This document shows, piece by piece, positions 1 to 13,287 of a stretch of DNA of 64,000 nucleotides; the first letter of the stretch is position 1, and every line of letters starts with the position of its first letter. Source of the DNA: Octopus sinensis (taxonomy: Eukaryota). The translations under genes were made by a program, and so were the position numbers. The stretch spans positions 43,039-107,038 of the forward strand of contig NW_021832598.1 of assembly GCF_006345805.1 (NCBI RefSeq). Direction: 5' to 3'. Below the pieces are notes generated by a model. It searched no databases, was not told where the DNA came from, and saw only the letters and a program-made list of their open reading frames with translations.

Positions 1-289
1 ATTCGTGTAAAATATTAACAAACACGACTATTTCGAAGTTCAATCTATTTTATTAACGCCTTTTCATGTTTCATTGACTGAATATGTTGAACACTAACTG
101 AGATTTCTTCTATGAACTCCGTAGTATTCACTGAACAATATCAATATTAGTTTTAAATAAATATACTATATTTTGCTGTCTCTTGCTGGTATTCAGAAGG
201 TCGTTTAAGGTGAGATTTTTTTTATTTTATTGTAAAAAACAAAATCTACTCTAACTTGTGTACGCATACACACACGTGTGTGTGTCTGT

Positions 290-344
<55 letters not shown>

Positions 345-508
345 GTGTGTGTGTGTGTGTGGTGTGTGTGTGTGTGTGGTGTGTGTGTGTATATACTTGC
401 ACATACGTAAGCATAAGTTTGCATATATTTGTACGCAGGTGTGTTTTGAATGTGCATGTATATCTCTATATATTTGTGCATATATATATATATATATACA
501 CCTATGAG

Positions 509-541
<33 letters not shown>

Positions 542-917
542 TGTGTGAATGTATATATATATATGTATACGCACATGTTTCCTACAATTTGATTCCATAA
601 AGATAGATTCTTTTCAAACGAAAAAGAAAACGTTATTTTAATTGTAAGTATATCGTTACAAAATAAATAACATGAGGGATATAGCAACATAGAATGACAC
701 GGTGAAAACTAATTAAAGAGTTGTTAGAAAATTGCTTCAAATCGTTAAAGTTGTGATGTTAATCTTTTGAGATAAAAGAATTATAAGTGAAAGCTATCAG
801 TGAAAAGGAACAAGCTCCATTTATATTTAACTAGCGTGCAAGTAAAATAGTTGATTGTATCAACACCATTGCTTAATTGATACCAGTTTTATCGATTCAG
901 AAGTGATTATAATTAAG

Positions 918-1333
918 CTTGAGCTCTGGACGGAGATGGAGAGATTAACTAGATATCCAATCCGTCAGAAGAGAATTAATACATTCGAGCTTTGGTGTTG
1001 GAGAAGACTTTTACGGATTCCATGGACAGCGAGTCTCACCAATGGAGAAGTTCTTAAGCTAGATCAGGCCGAAAATGTCGCTAGAAGCTAGGATCACCAA
1101 GCATAGATTGGCATATGTCGGTCATATTATGCGGAGAAAATCCCTGGAGAAGGACATCATGCTCGGAATGGTCAGTGGCAAGAGAGGAAGAGGCCGACCA
1201 AGAACCCGCTGGCTTGACGCCATCAAGTGTGATACCGGAATGGACATAGCCAATCTGAAAGAAGCGGTCCAGGATAGAACTGACTGGAGGACACTGATCC
1301 AACGAGTAACCGAGAGTCGACTTCGACTGAGCG

Positions 1334-1403
<70 letters not shown>

Positions 1404-1404
1404 C

Positions 1405-1497
<93 letters not shown>
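918..1497 (+). mobile_element. RTE-clade LINE, 5'-truncated 3' fragment followed by (GATA)n
   Basis: INTFELWCWRRLLRIPWTA and LEKDIMLGMVSGKRGRGRPRTRWLD...SRLRLSG* match the RTE/BovB C-terminus. One frameshift near 1065; the stop runs directly into (GATA)n. Confidence 0.9.
1334..1497. repeat. (GATA)n microsatellite
   Basis: About 40 near-perfect units. Confidence 0.98.
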
Positions 1498-1498
<1 letters not shown>

Positions 1499-1531
1499 CT
1501 GAACAACAAAGAAAAAAGGACAGAATCTTAC

Positions 1532-1762
1532 CATTACGCCTTCGTTGAAACTGTCGGAATAAGAGCCAGAGTAAGAGCCAGGACCCATGTCGGAACTAAG
1601 GCCAGAGGTGAAATCTGATCTCATGCCGGGTTGCATGCCGGATTGCATGCCGGTCTGCATTTCTGTCCTCATATCTGACCTCATGTCTGATCTCATGTCT
1701 GATCTCATGTCTGACCACATGTCAGGTCGCATGTCGGAAGACATGTCACAACCCATGTTCGA
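1532..1762 (-). CDS. S-crystallin coding exon 5 (Met-rich repetitive loop exon, 77 aa)
   Basis: Acceptor TCTGTTCTTTTCTAG|TCG; [16 protein letters not shown](SDMR)4[45 protein letters not shown]; donor ATG|GTAAGA. 231 nt, phase 0-0. Confidence 0.88.
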
Positions 1763-1776
1763 CTAGAAAAGAACAG

Positions 1777-1922
1777 ATAATAATAATAATAACAACAACA
1801 GCAACAACAACAACAACACCAACAACAATAATGATAATAATAATAAAAATAATATTAATAATGATAATAGTAATAATAGCGATGATGATGATGACGACGA
1901 CGACGACGACGACGACGACGGC

Positions 1923-1971
<49 letters not shown>

Positions 1972-1981
1972 TTGATGATGA
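1777..1981. repeat. Compound trinucleotide microsatellite (AAT)(AAC)(GAT)(GAC)
   Basis: Directly visible; ends about 14 nt from the exon-5 acceptor. Confidence 0.95.
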
Positions 1982-2617
1982 ACCCTTTAATATATTCACT
2001 AGTCACCGTTACTAACTCTCTGTAGAATGATGCAATTGCTGAAGTTTCAATGACTGCATTTCACGACTAATAGACAGCTGCGATACCTTCACAGCATTCC
2101 ACACACTCAATTTTCATTTACGCTTGTCCATCGATTGCACATTCGTCAAAGCATTAATGAACTATGTGATCATTTGCATGACAAACTATGACTACACCTG
2201 ATAACCGTTCAGGGTTCTTTGTAGGTTTCTCAGCTTTATCTTGTACCTGGATATCATCAGCTATGGCATTCCGAGCATTCCAAGCAGAAGTTGATTGACA
2301 GCTAAACCATCTGAAGAGTGGAGTTCGTTTCTTCCTCAAGAAGAGTAAGGCCAAAATATATAATCATATCAGAGACAGGATAGCTCATGACATAACTGTT
2401 AGGCGATAACATATTAAGCACCTGCGACATCTATTGCATTATTCTGTATGTGACTGACTACCTGCTCGTAATTTTGTATAATTAGGTATCAAGCATCTGA
2501 ACAGCATGTTTAGTGCAGAAACAGATGCTGGCCGACTATGAACCTTGCTTGGTACTGAGCTGTAATAGCTGATGCGTTCTCTTTATTGCATGCTTCTGCT
2601 ATCACTTCAATGTGTGT

Positions 2618-2924
2618 TCGGTTTGTTCTATCTCGAGCCACGCCGGGCTCATAAGGGCCGGTTTCCCGGTTTCCTCGGCGTATAGATTCCCCACCTGGAC
2701 GGGACGCCGGTCTGTCGCAGGTGAGCTGCAAGATGCAGGAGGAAAGAGTGAGAGAAAGTTGTGGCGAAAGAATCAGCAGGAGTTCGTCATTACTTTCTGC
2801 CTGAGCCGCGTGGAGCTTAGGTGTTTCGCTCATAAACACACACATCACCCGGTCTGAGATTCGAACCCGCGATCCCTCGACCGCGAGTCCGCTGCTCTAA
2901 CCACTAGGCCATGTGCCTCCACAT
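2618..2924 (-). mobile_element. tRNA-derived SINE with 14-bp target-site duplication
   Basis: Head with A box TGGCCTAGTGG and B box GGTTCGAATC. ACTTCAATGTGTGT flanks it at 2604-2617 and 2925-2938. Confidence 0.9.
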
Positions 2925-4479
2925 ACTTCAATGTGTGTGTGGCTTAGTGGTCATTGTGTTTAGCTCACAATTATAATACAGAAAGTTTGATTACTAGACA
3001 GAGCAATGCGAAGTGTCTCTGAGCATTGAATTTATTTTCAAGTTGCTTTAGTCTACTCAGCTGAAAGTGTGTAGAAGCCGGGTATTACTGCAGCTGTCTC
3101 TCCCACTTCAATTGCCATATCCTGCATCTGACGTTGGGTCAAGAGTGGGATGATCGAGAGAGTCGAGAGTGTCGGGAGAGTCGGGAGAGTCAAGAGAGTC
3201 GAATGAGTGACTATGTCTATTATTGATTACATAGTCAACTAAGACAATTAGCGAAAGCATGATAAATCCTACAAGAAAATAATCGTTGACAATTAACGAC
3301 TTCCTCTTACGTCACAATTTTGCAATCCTTTAATATATATGTCTATGGCCTCGATTACTGAGCTGTTCCTCAGAATGATGATGTTGTTGTCAACGTATGT
3401 TAGCACAATTCTCGATAATAAAATTGGAACTGAGTGCTCCTTACACATCATACTGTTGCAGTGCAGTTTCAAGGGTCAACATCTATAATAGTGTTTAAAT
3501 GGGACAAACCTATCTGATGTATAGTGTAATGTAAAACATCTTCCGTATGTAGCCATTTAGCAGGACCAATGATCGAAGTAAAACCGAACTGAGCTGTACT
3601 TAAATTAAAACGATCCAATCCCTGAAAACGAAGCTAAGACTAAAGGTATAACCATGAAGCTATTAGGATTCGTTGGCAAACCCTGTCGTATGATCTATAT
3701 TGATGCAAATGTTTCAGAGCCAGATTTATAACCCACTTTCTTGTACCAGTTTCATCTTAAGGTATGAGCACACTGGGCAGTTGCCAGGGGGTCTCTCGGG
3801 TCTAGAGACCCAGTTCTAATATACGTACGTGTGACGGCTTGCTGTGATTTAATAAATATTCTAAGGCCTAGTGCAATGAATTGCCTGGGGGCCTATAATA
3901 CTGCTAAGATGACCCTGCACTGTACTATGATCGCACGAGAGGAAGGTTGTCCTAGATAGATCTGCCATAAATATATAAGTCTGTATGACACCATCGAGAA
4001 ATACCAATAACATTGGTAGTACATTAGTCAAAGTCTTTAACCTTGCATTTATCAGATTATTTGAAGTAAATTATCAAATATATTTCTTGTTTACGTTTTT
4101 CCTCTCCAGCAAAATCCTTTCCCAGCTCACAAAAGTGGACATGTTCCCACTCTGCTGCCAGTTGAAGTGAATATATGTCAACAGAGTAGCGAACAAGCCT
4201 TGCATACAGAGCAAATACGAAGCTGGTTACGCAGACTCAATAGTGTTGTTAAATGTCTTTATATATTTCATCTGATGTATAATTATCATATGCAATGTGT
4301 TTGCATGCGTATTTAAGTGTTACTGTATGTTGTTTGTACCTTAACTTTGACGTATGCGACAGAAATTATGTGAAGGTGAAATTAATTAATCGAATGTATT
4401 AAATAGGAATCAGAGAGATAGATTGATAGATAGATAAATAGATAGCTAGATATATACACAGACAGATAGACAGACAGAC

Positions 4480-4583
<104 letters not shown>

Positions 4584-4688
4584 TGGCAGACAGAGAGACA
4601 AACAGAGAAATAAACAGATAGATATGTGCATAGAAGTACTCAATATCTTATTAGAGTGTGAAACAACAAAATATCTAAAAGTTCTTAC

Positions 4689-4742
4689 CATTCTACCATC
4701 AAGATCAGTGTAACGTTGACGCATGTCAGACATTCTGTCCCA
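4689..4742 (-). CDS. S-crystallin coding exon 4 (loop exon, 18 aa)
   Basis: Acceptor TTTAATTTCCTTTGCAG|TGG; WDRMSDMRQRYTDLDGRM; donor ATG|GTAAGA. 54 nt, phase 0-0. Confidence 0.88.
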
Positions 4743-6575
4743 CTGCAAAGGAAATTAAAAACATGCATGTATCGATTGTAACATCGTAACAAATGTACAA
4801 TATGACAGCATTCTTACCACATTAAAAAAATGAGGTCCGAAGTATAAATTAGATATACAATGCACTAAACCGTTATATTATAAGTGGCTTTAATTTCTTG
4901 ATAAATAGATGTGTGCGTGTGTGTGTGTGTGAGTGTGTATGTGTGTGAGTACTTGCGTGTATGAATATATATATATAGTTATTGTATATTCTGTTAAGAA
5001 CGTAGAAGTGTACGGTATAAAACTCGTCCACCTTCTGATTTACCCTGTGCTATCTAGTAGTAATATAGTATGTACTTCCAGGTTTGCACTTGGGCACCTG
5101 TCGTGTGTGAACATATAACAGAAAAAAATGGATTCAACAAGAAGGGGTACGGCTGGACATTTATTTTTTAATCACTACAGTTGTTTCCACGCGACGTTGT
5201 TCTCTAGGAATGCAGGTACTTGATTATGTAACTCTTTCCTTGCATAATGAGATCTAGTTGTGTTTTCTAAGGCGATACGCAACTATTGTCTCCGTAAGTT
5301 TAAAATCCTTGGTTTCAACAACACCCCTTCTGTCTGTTGTGGCCTAAATTCAGTAGTAGTCACTGAGCTTATCAGGGTGTATTGTTGTTGAAGGGCCATT
5401 GGCAGACTGCTTTTAATCAGTAGATGTATTGGGATAGTGATTCTTGGTATTGTTAAAGGGGTTGCTGTTATAAAGGGATTGACATTTTATTTCCTTGTAC
5501 TGCTGTTTTGTTCTACACGGTTTGCTACACATGCAGATTTCCTTAGCTGACCTTTAAAATTCAGCGCTCGGACACATACACACATATACACACACATAAA
5601 ATTGAGATTCAGTTGAATTAGGTACTTAAGTTGAAGCACCAAGTTAGTCCGGTATTATCAGCACAGCTCGAATGTGAATAAAATCAAAATAAGCAACACG
5701 CTATTAAGTTGTGATGCAGAACGACCGTTTCAAGAGGCTCCACTTAATTGAACAATGTAATCATTACATCAATTGAAATACAGTGCCATCTTCAGTTGCA
5801 CCAATAAATAAATGGAATTTTAACAACTAGGGCACATTAAAATAATTTTTCTCAAATATTTTAACAGAGGAAGAAGAGGGAAGACATTTATGTTGCCGCT
5901 GTTGTAGCTAAGAATAGACTACACAGCTAAGAATCACATGGAGCATAGTGGGGTCATAGGGTTGTAAGGGATTGTAATTAATTTCTCATTCATTATTCTC
6001 TTTATCAACTACTAAATCTCAGAATAGAAGACTGTATCTATTTTGAATAAAGGACAAGAGTGAGTTGACAGCTCATGGCTAAGTGCGCTCATAGATATTT
6101 ATCTGTGAGTGTTACAGATGCGGGGGCGCTATGCAGTGATGAGTGAAATAGTTATGCTATCATCAGTTCGAATATACTTGAGGCACGTTTGAACCGGTGA
6201 ACAAAATACATACTGCATTTTGGCACGGTAAAATATATCCCGTCTTTTGACAAATGGCGTGTATATCAGTTCGCATCGCTACCTACCCAGACCGTAAGAT
6301 GCAAGCATCTTTTCAATCAGCTTGTAGTGCCGACCACCTGGTGTCTGTGACCGAGGAGGAGATAGCTACTCCGAATTCTTACATATCACGGTCTTCGTAG
6401 CTAACGCTGCGAACTGATATAGATGTATACATACCATTTGTCAACAAACAGGATATATTTTCCGTGATAAAAGGCAGTGAGTAGCTTTTTCATAGGTCCG
6501 AATGTGATTCAAGCGTATTGGTACGGACAACAGCTTTACTATACACACACACAGACACAACACACACACACACAC

Positions 6576-6658
<83 letters not shown>

Positions 6659-7818
6659 ATTATTTTTATCTCTTATGTTGTTCAGTTCTTATCGTGAACT
6701 GTGGCAAAGGTGGGGCAACACTTTGAAAGAAAGGATTCATCAGAACAAATCGACACTTTTTTTTTGCTTATTTATTCATTTATACATTTATTTAGTCGTA
6801 AACTCTGCTTCTTATACGGTCGGTTCCATTACAGAAACGCCGTTACGCTGAACGTAAACAAGCCAACACCAGTTGTCACGCAGTAGAGGTTACGAACCCA
6901 AACTCTAAGATACGCCACACACAGCCGCACGCACACACAGGCACGCACGCGCTTTCACTCACACATATACGATAAGCTTATGCACAGTTTGCGTCAACCA
7001 AACTCGATCATACGGCGTTGGTCGGCCCGTGGCTATAATAGAAGATATTTGCCCATGATGCTGTACACAGGGAAAAGCTAAGACTGTATGTTGATTCACG
7101 CCTTATTCTGAGGTGGCCATCAATACGAATCCAAATTGCTTCTTCACACATCAAATGAAGTCCTACGTGCGCGATTGTTACATAAGATGTGTGTTTATTA
7201 TTCTAAACCTCGGAGGGCAATCAAAATCCAGACCTAAACAGAAGGAACGTCGTCGTGGGAGAGATAGAGACAGAGAGGGCGGAAGGAAGGGAGAGAGAGA
7301 GATGGAGTGAGAGAAACAAAGACAACAATCCACTGCGAGTACTGGTGTACTGCAGCTATCTCTCCCACTTCAATTGCCACATCCTGCATCTGCCGTTGGG
7401 TCAAGAGCTTTACCAGATTAAAGAAAATTTCAAATACACTTTGCACAGAACTGGGGACGAATACCGTTAGGCATTTGTGCCGAAGTTTTTGCAACTATCA
7501 AAGTTCATGCCTCATATTTCATAAAGGTAGATACAGATATATGAATATATCTGTATGTACGTGTACACATGTGTATGTGTCTGTGAGTGTGTAAAACATG
7601 AGTATAACACAGGTTTGTATTAAAGATCTTACGAGCGTTTCAACATTATGGTTGTTTGGAGCCCTTCGATGCATGCTCCAAATGCATATAGGTGTCCAAC
7701 CATAAAGGATCCTCAAGCGACAATCTATGGCATCAGGTTTTATATGAGTAGTGTAATATATAGATTCAGAGAAGCCCCATACTGTGGTAGCTGCAAGATT
7801 CTCTGAGTTTATGTCTTA

Positions 7819-7858
<40 letters not shown>

Positions 7859-7865
7859 ATATATA

Positions 7866-8238
7866 CTCTTTACCCTTTTACTTGTTTCAGTTATTCGACT
7901 GCGGCCATGCTGGAGCAGCGCCTTTAGTCGGGTAAATCGACCTCAGGACTTATTCTCTGTAAGCTTGGTACTTATTCTATAGTTCCCAAGCGATGTTGGG
8001 AGGGGGTAAAACACAGACACACAAACACAGACACACAAACACACACACACACACGCGCACACACATATATGATATATACGACGGGCTTCTTTCAGTTTCC
8101 GTCTACCATATCCACTCACAAGGCTTTGGTCGGCCCGAGGCTATAGTAGAAGGCACTTGTCCAAGGTGCAACGCAGTGGGACTGAACCCGAAACCATGTG
8201 GTTTGTAAGCAAGCTACTTACCACAGAACCACTCCTGC
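7866..8238 (-). mobile_element. SINE family A (tRNA-like head, internal CA/TA repeat, GGCGGTGCTCCAGCATGG tail)
   Basis: Co-linear similarity to copies at 25194, 33549, 55438, 60696 and 61784. Confidence 0.85.
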
Positions 8239-8268
8239 ATCCTAACAAAACCTCACCATTTACTGACT

Positions 8269-8301
<33 letters not shown>

Positions 8302-8329
8302 TGCATGTGTGTGTGTGAGAGAGAGAGAC

Positions 8330-8404
<75 letters not shown>
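8330..8404. repeat. (GATA)n microsatellite
   Basis: Directly visible. Confidence 0.98.
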
Positions 8405-8475
8405 CATACAGCTTCTATGTGGCTGCATGTTTCACTATGGTTACATCAAGAAGGAAACAATAGCGTTTAACCTAC

Positions 8476-8591
8476 CATCATTCTGCCGTCTCTGTCATGG
8501 TACATCCTCATGTAGTCATCCATGATATCAAAGAAACTATCAGAAATGTAATCGATGCGTGCCATATCGATGTTGTTTTTACCGTGATAAC
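8476..8591 (-). CDS. S-crystallin coding exon 3 (aa 77-115); not in the ORF track
   Basis: Acceptor CTGTCTTCTACAG|GT; (G)[38 protein letters not shown]; donor ATG|GTAGGT. 116 nt, phase 1-0. Confidence 0.96.
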
Positions 8592-8685
8592 CTGTAGAAG
8601 ACAGACGTTGATGATTACATATACATATACTTACATACATACATATATATATACATATACATACATATAATATATATATATATAA

Positions 8686-8724
<39 letters not shown>

Positions 8725-8726
8725 AT

Positions 8727-9088
8727 GTTACGACGACGAGGGTTCCGGTGATCCGAATCAACGGAACAGCTGCTCGTGAAATTAACGTGTAAGTGGCTGA
8801 GCACTCCACAGACACGTGTACCCTTAACGTAGTCTCGGGGATATTCAGCGTGACACAGAGAGTGACAAGGCCGGCCTTTGAAAACAGGTACAACAGAAAC
8901 AGGAAGTAAGAGTGAGAGAAAGTTATGGTGAAAGAGTACAGCAGGGATCACCACCATCCCCTGCCGGAGCATCGTGGAGCTTTAGGTGTTTCCGCTAAAT
9001 AAACACTCACAACGCCCGGTCTGGGAATCGAAACCGCGATCCTATGACCGCGAGTCCGCTGCCCTAACCACTGGGCCATTGCGCCTCC
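8727..9088 (-). mobile_element. tRNA-derived SINE (head as in the 2618 copy, tail as in the 39519 and 57259 copies)
   Basis: A and B boxes present; modules are shared with the named copies. Confidence 0.85.
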
Positions 9089-9111
9089 ATATATATATAG
9101 ATGGTAAGACA

Positions 9112-9365
9112 ACAAAAGAATGAAAAAGACCTCGATATTGTGTAAATAGAGGAATTTATCTGTAAAAGTAATATGTGACAATTTTTCGGTAGCCATGGTA
9201 AAAGTCCGCCATCTCTTTAGTTATCCGGCAAAAAAAAAATGAAAAAAAGGGAAAAAAAAGCCGATGGCCGGATAACTGAAGATTTGGCGGCGTGGATTTC
9301 CACCTCGACATCCGAAACTCGGAGTTTTATCATGGCTACCGAATAATTGTCCCATATTACATTTA
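9112..9365. mobile_element. Short foldback repeat in (TA)n, relative of the 29500-30121 element
   Basis: Same terminal sequence (GGTAAGA...GACCTC.ATATT.TGTAAATAGAGG) and imperfect inverted arms around an A-rich spacer. Confidence 0.7.
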
Positions 9366-9393
9366 CAGTTATATATACATAACATATATATAT

Positions 9394-9446
<53 letters not shown>

Positions 9447-9787
9447 GAGAGAGAGAGAGAGAGAGTGAGAGATAGATAACTAAATAGAAAGATAGACAGA
9501 TAGATAGAGATAGATACATAGAATATATATATATATTTAGATAGACAGGCAGATAGATAAATATATCTTTAATGCATAGTGCCTCTACAAATTAAACTAA
9601 TAAGTAATACTTCGTATTACATCGACTGGACAAATGATTTCGATAACCTTCAGGAATGGGTCAGCGTTGATATATCTGAAGAAGTGGTTACAAAATGTGG
9701 ATACTCCAGAGTGTATATATATATATGTGTGTGTATGTGTTTATCTGTGTACGTGTATACACATACAAACTCACACACATATACGCT

Positions 9788-9818
<31 letters not shown>

Positions 9819-10383
9819 ATATATATATTTATGTATGTATGTATCCACAAAGAAATAGATTAAACGTTGACAATTGTAGAGGTTTTGAGAAGAAAAATTT
9901 CATTCATGTAATAATTGATTCCGCTTCCCCTCTTGTATATCTGTTTTGAATTGTAATATTATCAATGATTTATAACGTTACGATAGCTTGTTATATTATC
10001 AATACAAGTTTCATTCAACATAGAAACTTAAGAAATCTCAACTTTTCAGTTGTATCTGCATCACAGTAAAATATTTATACAAGGGTGAGCACACACGGAA
10101 GGCTGGACATCAGATTTGCTATACTCTACGCCATTTACGCTTAATAATCACCTATTTCTACTAATTAGCCCCTTGTCAATCTCGGGTGCTTTCATTACTA
10201 TTATTAGATATTTCACCACTTACCTTTAGATAATTAGCAAACGAAGGCTCTCTATGTAAACCTATGTAAAAGCGTATACATACAAATAGACAATTATCAC
10301 GAACATGAACACTTCCTTAATTTAGAAAACAGTGACACAAGCACGAAATTCACGGGCTTACATACGGGTGCATATACATATAC

Positions 10384-10615
10384 CTATTTCTTTACTACCC
10401 ACAAGGGGCTAAACATAGAGTGGTCAAACAAGGACTGACAAAGGGATTAAGTCGATTACATTGACCCCAGTGCGTAACTGGTACTTAATTTATCGACCCC
10501 GAAAGGATGAAAGGCAGAGTCGACCTCGGCGGAATTTGAACTCAGAACGTAACGGCAGACAAAATACGGCTAGGCACTTCGCCCGGCGCACTAACGTTTC
10601 TGCCAGCTCGCGGCC
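10384..10615 (-). mobile_element. SINE family B
   Basis: GAGCTGGCAGAAACGTTAG...GAGTTCAAATTCCGCCGAGGTCGAC motif shared with many copies in the window. Confidence 0.85.
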
Positions 10616-11563
10616 ATATATATATACCGATGCATACATACAAGACTACTTTGAGGTTGTCTAATTCCAAGAAAATGCAATACTTGTTACTCGGTTGGAA
10701 GCCACCTCTTTCGACAAGCCTTGAGTCGAGAAACCTCCCGATATAATTAAGAAAAAATATATGTCGAAGACACACTATGTAAAGTTGCTCCTTTCATGCA
10801 AGTCTGATGAAGTACATCCCTAATGTCTAAAACTTTAAATATTACATAAATTTACACTTTGAAATTTAGCACAAACTGACGTTGTAAAAAGAGTTGGTAC
10901 AGGAACAATTATAACGAATGCTAAAGAATTTTGATGTCTTCTTTTTATTTGGATTATATATATATGTATGTGTGTAAAGAAATGTATATATATGTATAAA
11001 TATATATGTATATATATATATATACATATATTTATACACACACACAGATATATATATATACATATGTGTGTGTATGTATGTATATATGAGGGATGCATGT
11101 AAAATCTTGAGCCTCAAAAAAATTAAAACATGGTACAAGATTTCTGATGAAGGCTCGAGACATCCAGGCTCAAAGGCCTTGAAGGTTCAAAGCCTTTCAT
11201 AGGAACCCCACGTATACATAAAATATATATATATATATATCTATATATATATATATATATATTACATATATATTTATATGCATATATATATAATATGCAT
11301 ATATTTGTATATATAAATATCATATACATGCATATGTATACACGCGCGCACAAGAATATACATATGTATATTATGTATAAATATATATGTGTATGTTTGT
11401 GTGTGTGTATAACAAAATACAAAAATAGATATATATGACAAAATACATTTATACAACAAAATTCATCATATATATATCTAAATACGTCATATAGTACAAT
11501 TTATCCGTGTGGGTGATTATTAAAACTAACTGGGTATATATATACATACATATATATGTATAT

Positions 11564-11602
<39 letters not shown>

Positions 11603-11612
11603 CATATATATA

Positions 11613-11655
<43 letters not shown>

Positions 11656-12329
11656 ATACATACACATATATACATAACATATATATATATATGTATATAT
11701 ATATATGTATACACACATATATGCGTACACAGACATATATATATATTAGACATGCAACATCGTACAAGTAGGTTTATGTATATATATATACTTGCATATA
11801 TATGTATATATATATACATATATATATATATATGTATATATATATATTATATATAAGACAAATACATGATATCATTCAATTTATTGATGCAATTATCTGT
11901 GTTTTTCGCTATACATGTATAGAAATATTATCATAATTGAATGCAAACCTCCCAGAAGCTCTGGCCTAGAATTCAGGCAATGTTTTATTATTTTGAATTT
12001 TCCACTGATTTAGTCTGAAGAAGATGGGCCAAATTGATTCTGGTGAGTTCACATCAATACAGTAATTTTTTTTTCTAAAGAAAAAGAAACTAGCATAAAA
12101 TAGATAACTTCATATTCTAAGTGATAGTCTCCAAAATAAAACTAGGATGAGACAAAACATAAACAAGCATAAATTCTATGGACAATTATTTGGAAATGTC
12201 CATTCTTTATAAGATTCCCATCTAAAACAAAACAAAAGAAAGCAAAACGTAAAAAAATGAATAAAACGATAAAAGGAACAAAGACAGAATAAATAGAAGC
12301 AACGAAGAATTGATCGTCGTTAGACTTAC

Positions 12330-12425
12330 CAAATTCTCTGGCAAGATATCTTGCAATAGCCATACTCTGAGGAATTTGCATACGACCATCGATCTCCAAG
12401 ACAGGCACCATTGAGCCAGGCATTT
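12330..12425 (-). CDS. S-crystallin coding exon 2 (aa 45-77)
   Basis: Acceptor TTTTTTCTCTAACAG|AA ATG; [31 protein letters not shown]; donor G|GTAAGT. 96 nt, phase 1-1; A+AA gives K45. Confidence 0.97.
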
Positions 12426-12589
12426 CTGTTAGAGAAAAAAAAACATCGATAAGTTTTTTATTGTTTCTGTTGATTGTGGTTATTTTGTTGATATTTTGGT
12501 TTATTATCTATCATAAAAGAAAGGGTAAATGTCCTTCCTGGGTTATACATTTATATATATGAGGCCAGTTACCAGTTCCCATGGTGTAT

Positions 12590-12985
12590 GAGTGATTACG
12601 ATCTCTACAAGAACCATGGACGAGACGCCGGTCCGTCGCAGGATTACTCATTTTTGTTAACCGAGCGACTTGCAGCAACGTGGAAGTCTTTTGTTCAAGA
12701 GCACAACACCCAGTCCAGGAATCGAAACTGCAAACTTATGATAATGTGTGCAAAAACCCAAAACACTAAGCCACGCGTTTCAGCTTTAAGGATAAGGCTC
12801 GTTCCCGAATAGGGATTCTTTGGTGTATATAATTCCCCATTATTTTTACCAGCTGAATGAACTGGTGCAATGTGAAATTATGTGTTTTGTTAAAGAACAC
12901 AACTCATTGCCCGGTCCAAGAACCGAAACAGCAACCTTACGATCATGAGAGTAACACCCTAACCCCTAACACACGTGCCTCCACT
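12590..12985 (-). mobile_element. Two adjacent degenerate tRNA-derived SINE copies
   Basis: Heads resemble the 39519 copy; the left copy has a tail module resembling the 2618 copy (TGGACGAGACGCCGGTCCGTCGCAGG). Confidence 0.6.
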
Positions 12986-13254
12986 TTATTCTAATGCACT
13001 TAGTATTTCTAGCTTAAAATATCATATAATGTAACATTATAAACTCAAATGGAATTAAGGGCTAAGATTCTCGTTTCGGTAAAGCCTGATTGTGGGATAA
13101 ACCTACCGTTTTCTTTTCTTGTTCTTTCATTCTTGTCTACTAAACAGATACACACTACCTTGTTGATAATGTTATAGTTAATATACATATACCTATATAT
13201 GTACACATAAACACACACACACACACAACACACACACACACACACACACAGACA

Positions 13255-13287
<33 letters not shown>

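Noticed and set aside
205-690. YI/HT/CV-repeat ORFs here and at 10.8-11.8, 14.2-15.3, 18.1-18.8, 30.2-30.7, 54.5-54.9 and 63.1 kb
   Set aside because: They are translations of (TA)n, (CA)n and (TATG)n microsatellites that lack stop codons; no coding signal.
1223-1531. Extension of the 177-aa ORF beyond NEGVM (VRFCPFF...LSIY repeats)
   Set aside because: Read-through into the intron past a strong GTAAGA donor; the tail is the GATA repeat.
1746-2025. Poly-I/S/M/T ORFs (also at 31.7, 33.2, 34.8, 51.3 and 53.3 kb)
   Set aside because: Trinucleotide microsatellite artefacts.
2860-2920. tRNA-like cloverleaf heads (also at about 9030-9088, 39770-39827 and 57259-57320)
   Set aside because: These are SINE heads fused to SINE bodies, not free tRNA genes; no acceptor stem closure.
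2000-3920. Possible hAT-like relic ending in CAGGGTCATCTTAGCAG-type TIR at about 3917 (minus)
   Set aside because: No second TIR or readable transposase motif could be confirmed by eye; needs a Dfam or tBLASTn search.
11144-11190. CTGATGA followed by AGGCTCGAGACATCCAGGCTCAAAG (hammerhead-like, plus strand)
   Set aside because: No GAAA box and no consistent helices; at most a heavily decayed relic.
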